From assembly GCA_947313885.1 (NCBI GenBank), contig CAMZNU010000002.1:4321-68320 (forward strand): 64,000 bases of DNA. The letters are read 5' to 3'. Position 1 is the first letter of the stretch. Every line of letters begins with the position of its first letter. A program made the position numbers and the translations under genes. The notes under the pieces were generated by a model. That model did no database searches, was not told where the DNA came from, and worked only from the letters and a program-made list of their open reading frames with translations. Source of the stretch: an uncultured Clostridia bacterium (GTDB lineage Bacteria; Bacillota; Clostridia; Lachnospirales; CAMZNU01). Positions 18,409-27,685 of this stretch are shown one piece after another.

Positions 18409-19286
18409 AAAATTTTTTAGGTAGTATACAAGAGTTAGAGGTAGGTAATTTAGATGACGAGTTATTTTTAGAAACAAGTTATGAAATAGAGGATAGATCA
18501 ACGGTACTTAATGGAGCTGAACCAGAAAACATATTATTCGCAAAAAAAGTGGTATGTAGTGTATGTGAGTTTGAATTTGGTAACATAATACAAAAAACAA
18601 AAAAAGCAAAATTAGTAGATATAGATGCAGACTTAAGACCTATATATGATGTAATTGATTCTGTAGCATATGATTTAATATCATGCCCTAAATGTGGTTA
18701 CACGAGTTCATTATCAATGTTTAATAAAATAAGAGAAAAGGAAAAAAATAGATATTTAGAAAATACAGAAGGTAAATATGTACAGCCAGAAGAAGAAATA
18801 GAAGAAGAAATAGATGTTGATGTTGAAGTTGATGTTGATGTTGAAGTTGATGTTGAAGTTGAAGAAGAGAAAAAGCAAGAAAAAAAGTTAGCATACACAT
18901 ATAAGGAAGCTATAGATAGATACAAACTAGCTATATATTCAAATTATGCAAAAGGTGGTACAAGTGGAGAAAGAGCGTTTTATTTTATGAAGTTAGCATG
19001 GTTATATAGAAGTCTAGAGCGTAGAAGTGAAGAATATTTTTTATTAGACCAAGCATATGAAGGATTTTTAATTGCATTTAATGAAGAGAGCTTTCCTATA
19101 ATGGGTAATGATGAACCAACATTTAAATTGGTGTTAGGCGAAATATCGAGAAGATTAAATAGAATAGATGATTCTAAAAGATGGATAGGTAGTTTACTAA
19201 CGGATAGAAGTATAAACGAGAGAGTAAGAAAAAGAGCAGAAGATATAAAAGAAATATTAATGGTAGATGTAAAAAAGAAAAAATAA
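18405..19286 (+). CDS. DUF2225 family protein (zinc ribbon + TPR-like C-terminus)
   Basis: 293 aa with Cys pairs CSVCEF...CPKCGY and the C-terminal LAWLYR helix region. Its ATGA start overlaps the DUF368 stop. Confidence 0.7.
   Translation: MKNFLGSIQELEVGNLDDELFLETSYEIEDRSTVLNGAEPENILFAKKVVCSVCEFEFGNIIQKTKKAKLVDIDADLRPIYDVIDSVAYDLISCPKCGYTSSLSMFNKIREKEKNRYLENTEGKYVQPEEEIEEEIDVDVEVDVDVEVDVEVEEEKKQEKKLAYTYKEAIDRYKLAIYSNYAKGGTSGERAFYFMKLAWLYRSLERRSEEYFLLDQAYEGFLIAFNEESFPIMGNDEPTFKLVLGEISRRLNRIDDSKRWIGSLLTDRSINERVRKRAEDIKEILMVDVKKKK
18813..18860. repeat. In-frame hexamer tandem repeat (gatgtt/gaagtt x8) inside the DUF2225 gene
   Basis: gatgttgatgttgaagtt occurs twice and is followed by gatgttgaagtt. 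It encodes DVDVEVDVDVEVDVEV within an acidic E-rich linker. Confidence 0.9.
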
Positions 19287-19316
19287 AATTAAAAGATAAC
19301 TTATGTATTTAAATTG

Positions 19317-19365
19317 GAACCTATATAATGGACACTAAAAAGTCTATTTGATAGGTTCTTTTTTA
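19317..19365 (+). terminator. Terminator after the DUF2225 gene
   Basis: gaacctat ... ataggttc stem followed by tttttt. Confidence 0.6.
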
Positions 19366-19446
19366 TACAATAGAACATAAGGAATTGAGGCATAAGTAAA
19401 GTATTATTTTAAATTATAGTAACTTTAGACGTTAATGGAATTTAAA

Positions 19447-19480
19447 GAAGCTAACTTCTGTAAATACAGAAATCAGCTTC
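19447..19480 (-). terminator. Terminator hairpin after ung (minus strand); core of repeat copy B
   Basis: The reverse complement reads gaagctgatttctgta-tt-tacagaagttagcttc followed by tttaaatt. Both mismatched positions become G-U pairs only in the minus-strand RNA. Confidence 0.55.
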
Positions 19481-19562
19481 TTATTTACATATTTTTCTCG
19501 TATCTTGATTCGGGAACCAGTTTATGCACATAGGTCGTCTTGCTTTAATTTTATTAATAGTA

Positions 19563-20222
19563 TTACAATTGCCAATCTATTATTTCGGAATCAATAGAAG
19601 TTAAAAAAATATTAGTTAAATTAAAATGATTACAACCAAAAAAACTGTGTCTTGCGGAAAGGGGGCTAGGATGCGATGCAGTTAAAATTTTATGATGATT
19701 ACTTATAAATTTTTCTTTTTTTTTTGCATTATTACCCCAAAGTAAAAAAACTAATGGTTTTTCGCGACAGCTTAGAGTTTTAATAACATGATCGGTAAAA
19801 GTCTCCCAACCAATACGACTATGAGAATTTGGATTACCAGCTTCAACAGTTAAAGATGTGTTCAAAAATAACACACCTTGGCTAGCTATTGGAGTTAAAT
19901 CACCAGTATGAAAATTATCTACACATAAAGAATCTTTCAACTCTTTATAAATATTTCTAAGCGAAGGTGGTATTTTGCAACCATCATTGACAGAAAAAGC
20001 TAATCCATTAGCTTGGTTTTCGTTTATATATGGATCTTGACCTAATATAACGACTTTAACATCTTCAAAATCGGTTAAATTAAAAGCATTAAAAATTAAA
20101 TTTTTAGGTGGATATATTTTTTTTGTATCGTATTGAACGTTTAAAAAAGATGTCATAGCCTTAAAATAATCCTTTGACATTTCAGTTTGCAGTTTATGTT
20201 TCCAAGTATCGTTAATATTCAT
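19563..20222 (-). CDS. ung: Uracil-DNA glycosylase
   Basis: Motifs LGQDPY, GLAFSV and HPSPLSA. I place the start at 20222 (ggaggtattATG on the minus strand). The 25-aa hydrophobic extension in the listed ORF has no RBS. Confidence 0.88.
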   Translation of the reverse strand: MNINDTWKHKLQTEMSKDYFKAMTSFLNVQYDTKKIYPPKNLIFNAFNLTDFEDVKVVILGQDPYINENQANGLAFSVNDGCKIPPSLRNIYKELKDSLCVDNFHTGDLTPIASQGVLFLNTSLTVEAGNPNSHSRIGWETFTDHVIKTLSCREKPLVFLLWGNNAKKKEKFISNHHKILTASHPSPLSARHSFFGCNHFNLTNIFLTSIDSEIIDWQL

Positions 20223-20344
20223 AATACCTCCTATGTAAGTGATAGTAGTAATTATATCATAAAATAATATATATATTATTATTGATAAAATAAACAAAAA
20301 AATATATAATAATTGTAATTAAATTATATAGAAGGAGTTAAGAA

Positions 20345-21139
20345 ATGAAAAAAATAAAATTGTATGGTTTTAACAATTTAACAAAAACCTTAAGCTTTAA
20401 TATTTACGACGTATGCTATGCAAAAACAGAGGTAGAAAAAGAAGAATATATTAAATATATTGATGAACAATATAATTCAAATAGATTAACAAAAATTTTA
20501 TATGATGTAACAGAAATTATAGGTGCATGTGTTTTAAATGTATCAAAACAAGACTATGAGCCACAAGGAGCTAGTGTAAACATATTAATAAGTGAAGAGA
20601 TGATAGAAGAACATTTAATAGATGAGTCTTGCAATTTAGGGAAAAGTATAGAGAAAGATAGTTTAATGGGACACTTAGATAAAAGCCATTTAACAGTACA
20701 TACATATCCAGAGTCGCACCCAGAACATAGCATTTCAACATTTCGAGTAGACATAGATGTATCTACCTGTGGTACTATTTCGCCATTAAAAGCACTTAAC
20801 TATTTAATTAGTAGTTTTGATTCGGACATAATAACATTAGATTATAGAGTGCGAGGGTTTACGAGAGAGTTGGATAGTAAAAAATGTTTTATAGATCATA
20901 AAATAAATTCAATTCAAAATTATATAAATAAAGATAAGTTGTTAGAATACAACTCTATCGATGTAAATATATTTCAATCAAATATTTTCCATACAAAAAT
21001 GATGAAGAGGAATTTAGAATTAGAAGATTATATATTTAACAAAAAGGTAAAAGATATAAATAAAGATAAGCAAAAAATAATATTAAATAAGTTAGAACGA
21101 GAAATGTTGGAGATATTTAATGGTAGCAATATTTATTAG
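20345..21139 (+). CDS. speD: S-adenosylmethionine decarboxylase proenzyme (long, E. coli type)
   Basis: 264 aa with [21 protein letters not shown] and [15 protein letters not shown] (the pyruvoyl-forming Ser region). Confidence 0.88.
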   Translation: MKKIKLYGFNNLTKTLSFNIYDVCYAKTEVEKEEYIKYIDEQYNSNRLTKILYDVTEIIGACVLNVSKQDYEPQGASVNILISEEMIEEHLIDESCNLGKSIEKDSLMGHLDKSHLTVHTYPESHPEHSISTFRVDIDVSTCGTISPLKALNYLISSFDSDIITLDYRVRGFTRELDSKKCFIDHKINSIQNYINKDKLLEYNSIDVNIFQSNIFHTKMMKRNLELEDYIFNKKVKDINKDKQKIILNKLEREMLEIFNGSNIY

Positions 21140-21148
21140 AGGTTAATT

Positions 21149-22606
21149 ATGGATATAGAAAGACAAAAGGAAACACCGCTAGTAGAGGCACTAAAAATAT
21201 ATAAGAAAAGCAGAATAGTATCTTTTGATGTTCCAGGTCATAAACAGGGTAAAAGTTTTAAAGGGTTAACAGATTTTTTTGGAGAGGATTGCATTAAAGT
21301 TGATGTTAACTCTATGAAACCTTTAGACAACTTAGCAAATCCTACGTCTGTAATTAAAAAAAGCGAGGAATTAATGGCAGAAGCATTTAATGTAAGTAAA
21401 GCTTTTTTTATGGTAGGTGGAACTACATCGTCAGTACAAGCTATGTTAATGTCAACATTAAAAGAAGGGGACAAAATAATATTACCAAGAAATGTACATA
21501 GATCCGCAATAAATGCCTTAATATTAATAGGTGCAATTCCAATATATATTAATCCAGGCGTAGAAAAAAATATAGGAATAGCATTAGGTATGAAAACAGA
21601 AGATATAATAGATGCTATGGATAATAATGAGGGGGTAAAATGTGTATTTGTAAACAACCCGACTTATTATGGAATATGTTCGGATTTAAAAACGATAATT
21701 GAAGAGGCACATAAAAGGGAAGTATTAGTTTTATGCGATGAAGCACATGGAACTCATTTTTATTTTAATGACAGGTTGCCAAAAGGTGGTATGGAGTTAG
21801 GTGCTGATATGGCTAGTGTTAGCATGCATAAAACAGGTGGGTCATTAACACAAAGCTCAGCATTATTAGTAAATGCTAAGAGGATAAATTCGAATTATGT
21901 AAGAACGGTGATAAATATAACGCAAACGACAAGTGCATCCTATTTATTAATGGCATCATTGGATATAGCAAGAAAAAATTTAAGTTTAGAAGGCGAAAAA
22001 ACTTTTAATAAAGTGTTAGATTTATGCGATTATGCTAGAAAAGAAATAAATAAAATTGAAGGCTATTATGCATTTTCAAAAGAATTAATAAATAATAAAA
22101 ATGTATTCGATTTTGATGAAACAAAGTTGTGTGTCAACACAAAAAATATAGGTCTTGCAGGAATTGAAGTATATGATTGTTTAAGAGATGATTATGAAAT
22201 ACAAATAGAGTTTGGAGATATAAGTAATATACTAGCAATAGTATCGGTAGGAGATAATGAGTTTACTATAGAGAGGTTAGTTGCGTCATTAGGAGAAATC
22301 AAAAGACGTAAAGAAAAAAAAGAACAAGGAGATTTTATTTTTGAGTATATAGAACCCGTTGTAGTAACGACACCTAAATATGCATTCTATGCAGAGCAAA
22401 AAACTGTTGAAATAAAAAAGTCAAAAGGGTTAGTAAGTGGGGAATTTATAATGGCATATCCACCAGGGATACCTATATTAGCACCAGGAGAAAGAATAAC
22501 GGAAGAAGTATTAAACTACGTAGAATATGCAAAGAGAAAAGGAAGTTATTTATTAGGGACAGAAGATATAGAAGTTAATTATATAAAAGTATCGGAGGAA
22601 TTATAA
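21149..22606 (+). CDS. speA: PLP-dependent Orn/Lys/Arg decarboxylase, probably arginine decarboxylase
   Basis: 485 aa with the PLP-lysine motif SMHKTGGSL. The operon context, with agmatinase and spermidine synthase, favours arginine as substrate. Confidence 0.75.
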   Translation: MDIERQKETPLVEALKIYKKSRIVSFDVPGHKQGKSFKGLTDFFGEDCIKVDVNSMKPLDNLANPTSVIKKSEELMAEAFNVSKAFFMVGGTTSSVQAMLMSTLKEGDKIILPRNVHRSAINALILIGAIPIYINPGVEKNIGIALGMKTEDIIDAMDNNEGVKCVFVNNPTYYGICSDLKTIIEEAHKREVLVLCDEAHGTHFYFNDRLPKGGMELGADMASVSMHKTGGSLTQSSALLVNAKRINSNYVRTVINITQTTSASYLLMASLDIARKNLSLEGEKTFNKVLDLCDYARKEINKIEGYYAFSKELINNKNVFDFDETKLCVNTKNIGLAGIEVYDCLRDDYEIQIEFGDISNILAIVSVGDNEFTIERLVASLGEIKRRKEKKEQGDFIFEYIEPVVVTTPKYAFYAEQKTVEIKKSKGLVSGEFIMAYPPGIPILAPGERITEEVLNYVEYAKRKGSYLLGTEDIEVNYIKVSEEL

Positions 22607-23454
22607 TGGAGTTATGGTACACAGAGAATCATACAGACGAAGTAAAATTTTCTATTAAGGTTGAGGAACACTTATATAGCAATCAAAGTAAGTTTCAAAA
22701 AATAGATGTATTTAAATCAAATGAATTTGGAACATTTTTCACGTTAGATGGACTTATGATGGTTACAGAAAAAGATGAGTTTATATATCACGATATGATA
22801 GTACATACAGCGCTTGCAACAAACCCGAATATAAAAAAAGTTTTAGTAATAGGAGCGGGAGATGGAGGAACAATAAGAGAATTAACACGATACAAAACAA
22901 TTGAAAAAATAGATTTAGTAGAAATCGATGAGGAAGTAGTAACAGTGTGCCAAAAGTTTTTACCACAAACATCAGAAAAATTAGAAGATGAAAGAGTTTC
23001 AATGTATTTTGAAGATGGTTTAAAATTTGTAAGAATGACAGAAAAAAAATATGATTTAATAATTGTAGATTCAACAGATCCATTTGGACCAGGTGAGGGG
23101 TTATTTACGGCGGAGTTTTATGGAAATTGTTATAAAGCGTTAAGCGGCGAGGGTATATTAATAAACCAACACGAATCACCGTATTATGATGAATTTGCAA
23201 ATAATATGAAAAGAGCACATAAAAGAATAAAAGAAATATTTCCTATATGCAGTGTATATCAAGCGCATATACCAACGTATCCATCAGGACATTGGTTATT
23301 TGGGTTTGCATCAAAAAAACATGATCCAATTAAAGATTTAAAAAAAGAAGAGTGGAATAAGTTAGGTTTAAAGACAAAATATTATAATACAGATTTACAT
23401 GTAGGATGTTTTGCACTACCAAACTATGTAAAGGAAATGTTAAACAATGTTTAA
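22606..23454 (+). CDS. speE: Spermidine synthase
   Basis: 282 aa with VLVIGAGDGGTIRE and VDSTDPFGPGE. Confidence 0.9.
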   Translation: MELWYTENHTDEVKFSIKVEEHLYSNQSKFQKIDVFKSNEFGTFFTLDGLMMVTEKDEFIYHDMIVHTALATNPNIKKVLVIGAGDGGTIRELTRYKTIEKIDLVEIDEEVVTVCQKFLPQTSEKLEDERVSMYFEDGLKFVRMTEKKYDLIIVDSTDPFGPGEGLFTAEFYGNCYKALSGEGILINQHESPYYDEFANNMKRAHKRIKEIFPICSVYQAHIPTYPSGHWLFGFASKKHDPIKDLKKEEWNKLGLKTKYYNTDLHVGCFALPNYVKEMLNNV

Positions 23455-24292
23455 AAATAATAGATTAAATTTTATAGGATGCGACAATAAATTTGAAGAA
23501 AGTGATATAGTGCTATTTGGTGCGCCGTTTGATGGGACTACATCATTTAGACCAGGGGCAAGATTTGCAAGCAATGCAATACGAGTAGAATCAGAGGGGA
23601 TAGAAACATACAGCCCATATCAAGAAAAAGATATAGAAAATAAAAAAATATATGATAATGGGGATTTAGAATTTCCATTTGGAAACGTACATAAAACGAT
23701 GGATATAATATATAGAAGAACAAAACAAATTTTAGACTATGGTAAAATACCAGTAATGATAGGCGGGGAACATTTAGTATCATACGGTACAGTAAAAGCT
23801 ATAAAAGAAAAATATGAAGACATATATATACTACATTTTGATGCTCATGCAGATTTAAGAGAAAATTATTTAGGTGAAGACTATTCCCATGCAACAGTGA
23901 TGAGAAGAATATTTGACATAGTAGGAAAAAATAAAATATATCAGTTAGGGATAAGATCAGGAACAAAAGATGAATTTGATTTCGCTAAAAAAAATACGAA
24001 TATGTGTAAATTCGATCTAGATAAAATAGATGAATATGTAGATAAATTAAAAGGGAAAAATGTTTATGTGACGATAGATTTAGATGTTTTAGATCCATCA
24101 ATTTTTTCAGGAACAGGAACACCAGAAGCGGGTGGTGTTAATTTTAAAACACTTTTAGATGCGGTATTAAAACTTAAAAATATAAATATTGTTGGTGCGG
24201 ACATAAATGAATTATCACCAATGTATGATAATAGTGGAGTGTCTACAGCAGTAGCTTGTAAAATTTTAAGAGAATTATTGTTAGTAGTCTAA
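23447..24292 (+). CDS. speB: Agmatinase (ureohydrolase family)
   Basis: 281 aa with the Mn-site motifs HFDAHADL, GGEH and DLDVLDP. Confidence 0.88.
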   Translation: MFKNNRLNFIGCDNKFEESDIVLFGAPFDGTTSFRPGARFASNAIRVESEGIETYSPYQEKDIENKKIYDNGDLEFPFGNVHKTMDIIYRRTKQILDYGKIPVMIGGEHLVSYGTVKAIKEKYEDIYILHFDAHADLRENYLGEDYSHATVMRRIFDIVGKNKIYQLGIRSGTKDEFDFAKKNTNMCKFDLDKIDEYVDKLKGKNVYVTIDLDVLDPSIFSGTGTPEAGGVNFKTLLDAVLKLKNINIVGADINELSPMYDNSGVSTAVACKILRELLLVV

Positions 24293-24341
24293 AGACAGCT
24301 TATTGTTGAAAGTAAATAGTTGAAATATTAGACAAAAGTAT

Positions 24342-24372
24342 AATCATAAAAAGATGCCTTAAATCATATATA
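24342..24372 (+). promoter_or_regulatory. Possible sigma-E-type sporulation promoter for spoIIID
   Basis: aatcataaa, then about 16 nt, then catatata. This only loosely resembles the sigma-E -35 (ATA-containing) and -10 (CATACA-T) elements. Called by eye. Confidence 0.2.
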
Positions 24373-24398
24373 TACATATAACGATTTAAGGAGGTTTA

Positions 24399-24662
24399 AT
24401 GTTGAAACCTTATATAGAAAAAAGAGCAGTAGATGTAGCGAAGTTTATTATTTCGGAAAAAGCTACAGTAAGAGAGTCGGCACGAAAATTTGGAATAAGT
24501 AAAAGTACTGTACATAAAGACGTAACAGAACGTTTAATAAAGATAAATCCAAACTTAGCAATGAATGCGAGAAAAGTTTTAGAAGTTAACAAATCAGAAA
24601 GACATATCAGAGGTGGCATAGCAACTAAAGAAAAATATTTAACCAATAAGATTTTAAAATAA
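24399..24662 (+). CDS. spoIIID: Sporulation transcriptional regulator SpoIIID
   Basis: 87 aa with the HTH ESARKFGISKSTVHKDVTERL and the C-terminal basic region NKSERHIRGGIATKEKY. A ggagg RBS is present. Confidence 0.9.
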   Translation: MLKPYIEKRAVDVAKFIISEKATVRESARKFGISKSTVHKDVTERLIKINPNLAMNARKVLEVNKSERHIRGGIATKEKYLTNKILK

Positions 24663-24667
24663 AAAAT

Positions 24668-24718
24668 AAAAACCTGTGGAATAGACTTTAAAGGTCGTCT
24701 AACTATGGGTTTTATTTT
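24668..24718 (+). terminator. Possible terminator after spoIIID
   Basis: An imperfect stem, aaaaacc...gggtttt with an internal agac/gtct pairing, followed by tttatttt. Confidence 0.4.
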
Positions 24719-24966
24719 ATGTATAGACAATAGTCTAAAGGTATATGAAAAATAAATTTGGAAAAGATAATATAAGAGAGAAATTTACATGAGTTATATA
24801 ATTTAAAACTGTTAAAACAGAAACAGAAAAATCAAGCTTTCTATTTATAAAAATTAAACTTTTATAATATTATCACTATAAAAAACAAATAAAGAGTATT
24901 ATAAATTTATTTTTTTTTGTATAATGATAGTTAAAATAAAACAAATACAAAATAAATAGGTGAAAT

Positions 24967-25671
24967 ATGAAAAAAGAAAAAATTAGGCATATAGCGATTA
25001 TAATGGATGGTAATGGTAGGTGGGCGAAAAAAAGATTGTTGCCAAATAAGTTAGGTCATCGTGAGGGAGCAAAAGTTTTAAAAAAAATAACAGAGTATTG
25101 TGATGAAATAGGGTTACAATATTTAACAGTGTATGCATTTTCAACGGAAAATTGGAATAGAAGCGAAAAAGAGGTAGATGATTTAATGGCACTTCTAAGT
25201 GAATTTTTAGATGAGTACATAAGTAATAATGATAAAAATAACATTGTTATAAAAGTAATAGGCGATAAAAATAGATTAGAAAAAAGTATTGTAGAAAAAA
25301 TATGTACTATCGAGAAGTTGAGTGAAAATAAAAAAGGGGTACAACTAAATCTGGCTATAAATTATGGAGGAAGGGATGAAATTGTAAGAAGTGTGAAAAA
25401 AATTTGCGAAGATGTATCGAGAGGCAAAGTAAGGGAACGGGAAATAACAGAAAAATTATTTAGTAGTTATTTAGATACAAAAGAAATAATAGATCCAGAA
25501 ATTTTAATAAGAACTAGTGGAGAGAGTAGAGTTAGTAATTTTTTATTGTGGCAAATAGCATATACAGAAATATTTAATATTAAAAAACTATGGCCAGACT
25601 TTAACAAAAAGGATATAGATGAAGTGATAAAAGAGTTTAAAAATAGAAATCGAACATTCGGAGAGAGGTAA
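24967..25671 (+). CDS. uppS: Undecaprenyl diphosphate synthase
   Basis: 234 aa with IIMDGNGRWA and RTSGESRVSNFLLWQ. Confidence 0.92.
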   Translation: MKKEKIRHIAIIMDGNGRWAKKRLLPNKLGHREGAKVLKKITEYCDEIGLQYLTVYAFSTENWNRSEKEVDDLMALLSEFLDEYISNNDKNNIVIKVIGDKNRLEKSIVEKICTIEKLSENKKGVQLNLAINYGGRDEIVRSVKKICEDVSRGKVREREITEKLFSSYLDTKEIIDPEILIRTSGESRVSNFLLWQIAYTEIFNIKKLWPDFNKKDIDEVIKEFKNRNRTFGER

Positions 25672-25673
25672 CT

Positions 25674-26495
25674 ATGAAAACAAGAATAGCAACAGGCATA
25701 ATAGGTGTTCCAATTGTAATAGCATTATTATATTTAGGTGGTAATATATTGCTACTTTCCACATATGTAATATCAATAATTGGTCTTAATGAATTTTTTA
25801 ACGCAACGTCTATAACGAATAGAAGAGGACCAATAATAATATATTTAGGGACTACGGTATATTATTTAAGCCTTTTTACATTAGAAAAAGAGATGATAAC
25901 CCATACTAATTATAATTTATTTATGATAACGCTATTTATAATAATGTTAATTTATTTCGTAGCAAATCATGAGAAAATGAAACTATCTGATTTAGCAATT
26001 AGTATGTTTTCATTTATATATATACCGTTGGTATTTAGCTTAATATATTTAATTAGTGAAATAGATGTGCACAAAGAGTATATATGGTTAATATTTATAC
26101 TAGCATTTGTTAGTGACACAGGTGCATATTTTACAGGTAAAGCTATAGGTAAGCGAAAATTATCACCTAAGTTGAGTCCAAACAAAACGATAGAAGGATC
26201 TATAGGTGGCATAGTAGCAACAGTAGTGAGTGTATATATATATATATTAATATTAAGTGGAGGCGGGATTACTCCAATGGCGTATAGCTTTCGTAAAAAT
26301 ATACTTATAATTTTAATAGGTAGTATAGGTGCAATAATATCACAATTAGGGGATCTAAGTTCATCAGCAATTAAAAGAGAGTACAATATAAAAGATTATG
26401 GAAAAATAATACCAGGACACGGTGGGATTTTAGATAGATTCGATAGTGTATTATTTACGACAATATATATATATATATTAGTGAACATTGTTTAA
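25674..26495 (+). CDS. cdsA: Phosphatidate cytidylyltransferase
   Basis: 273 aa membrane protein with the signature SQLGDLSSSAIKREYNIKDYGKIIPGHGGILDRFDS. Confidence 0.9.
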   Translation: MKTRIATGIIGVPIVIALLYLGGNILLLSTYVISIIGLNEFFNATSITNRRGPIIIYLGTTVYYLSLFTLEKEMITHTNYNLFMITLFIIMLIYFVANHEKMKLSDLAISMFSFIYIPLVFSLIYLISEIDVHKEYIWLIFILAFVSDTGAYFTGKAIGKRKLSPKLSPNKTIEGSIGGIVATVVSVYIYILILSGGGITPMAYSFRKNILIILIGSIGAIISQLGDLSSSAIKREYNIKDYGKIIPGHGGILDRFDSVLFTTIYIYILVNIV

Positions 26496-26521
26496 ATAAG
26501 TATTTATAAAAGGTGTGTGTA

Positions 26522-27685
26522 ATGTTAAAAATAACAATATTAGGATCAACAGGATCAATAGGACGACAAACATTGGAAGTAATAGATGGTCTAAAGAATA
26601 TAGAAGTTGAAAGTTTAACAACAAATGTAAATATTGAGATTATGTTTAATCAAATAAAAAAATATAAACCATCAATAGTATGTGTAGTTAATGAAAAAAA
26701 GGGAGAAGAATTAAAAACCGAACTAAAGGAAAAAGGAATTGACGTAGAAGTTATAGTTGGAGTGAATGGGTTAGTGAAAGTAGCCACACTAGATAAAATA
26801 ACATTAGTTGTAAATGCAGTAGTTGGTAATGTTGGATTGATACCGACGTTAGAAGGTATTAGAAATAAAAAAAATATTGCATTAGCAAATAAAGAAACTT
26901 TGGTGACGGCAGGAAAAATAGTAATGGAAGAGGCTAAAAAAAATAAAGTATCAATTATGCCAATAGATAGTGAGCATTGTGCTATATATCAATGTTTAGA
27001 AGGTAATAAAAAAAGAGAAGTAGAAAAAATAATATTAACAGCGTCGGGTGGAGCATTTAGAGATAAAACTATAAAAGAGTTAGAAGATGTTACATTAGAT
27101 GAGGCGTTAACACATCCGAATTGGTCGATGGGTAAAAAAATAACTATTGATTCAGCAACTTTGGTGAATAAAGGGTTAGAAGTTATAGAAGCGAAATGGT
27201 TGTTTGATATAGATTTTAAAAATATAGAAGTAGTAATCCATAGACAAAGTATAATACATTCTATGGTTGAGTATGTAGATGGAAGTATAATAGCACAATT
27301 AGGAACATCAGATATGAGAACACCGATACAATATTGTTTAACGTATCCTAAAAGAGTTAAAAACAAGTTTAAAAAATTTAATTTTTGGGAAAATGGGGAA
27401 TTGACGTTTAGTAAACCAGACACAATAAAATTTCCAGGGTTAAAATATGCATTTGATGCTCTAGAAGAAGGTGGACTAATGCCAACGGTATATAATAGTG
27501 CAAATGAGAAAGCTGTTGAATTATTTTTGAGTAATGAGATAAAATTTTTAGATATATATATAATAATATTAGATGCTATGAAAACATATAAAGTTAGAAA
27601 TATTCAAGATTATAAATTAGAAGACATAATAGAAATAGATAATAGTGTTAAAAAGTACGTAGAAAATAAATGGAGGAAAAAATAA
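26522..27685 (+). CDS. dxr: 1-deoxy-D-xylulose 5-phosphate reductoisomerase
   Basis: Motifs ILGSTGSIG, LANKE, DSEHCAI and HPNWSMG. I prefer the start at the in-frame ATG at 26522 (MLKITILG), 9 nt inside the listed ORF. Confidence 0.9.
   Translation: MLKITILGSTGSIGRQTLEVIDGLKNIEVESLTTNVNIEIMFNQIKKYKPSIVCVVNEKKGEELKTELKEKGIDVEVIVGVNGLVKVATLDKITLVVNAVVGNVGLIPTLEGIRNKKNIALANKETLVTAGKIVMEEAKKNKVSIMPIDSEHCAIYQCLEGNKKREVEKIILTASGGAFRDKTIKELEDVTLDEALTHPNWSMGKKITIDSATLVNKGLEVIEAKWLFDIDFKNIEVVIHRQSIIHSMVEYVDGSIIAQLGTSDMRTPIQYCLTYPKRVKNKFKKFNFWENGELTFSKPDTIKFPGLKYAFDALEEGGLMPTVYNSANEKAVELFLSNEIKFLDIYIIILDAMKTYKVRNIQDYKLEDIIEIDNSVKKYVENKWRKK

Noticed and set aside
20223-20297. N-terminal 25-aa hydrophobic extension of ung in the listed ORF (MFILSIIIYILFYDIITTITYIGGI).
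   Set aside because: The internal ATG at 20222 is preceded by a ggagg RBS, and the mature N-terminus MNINDTWK aligns with Ung proteins. The extension falls in the AT-rich divergent promoter region.
24663-24966. 300-bp ORF-free gap between spoIIID and uppS, with the repeated words atagactttaaagg and atagtctaaagg.
   Set aside because: The similarity is short and imperfect. The region is adequately explained by the spoIIID terminator plus an AT-rich uppS promoter.
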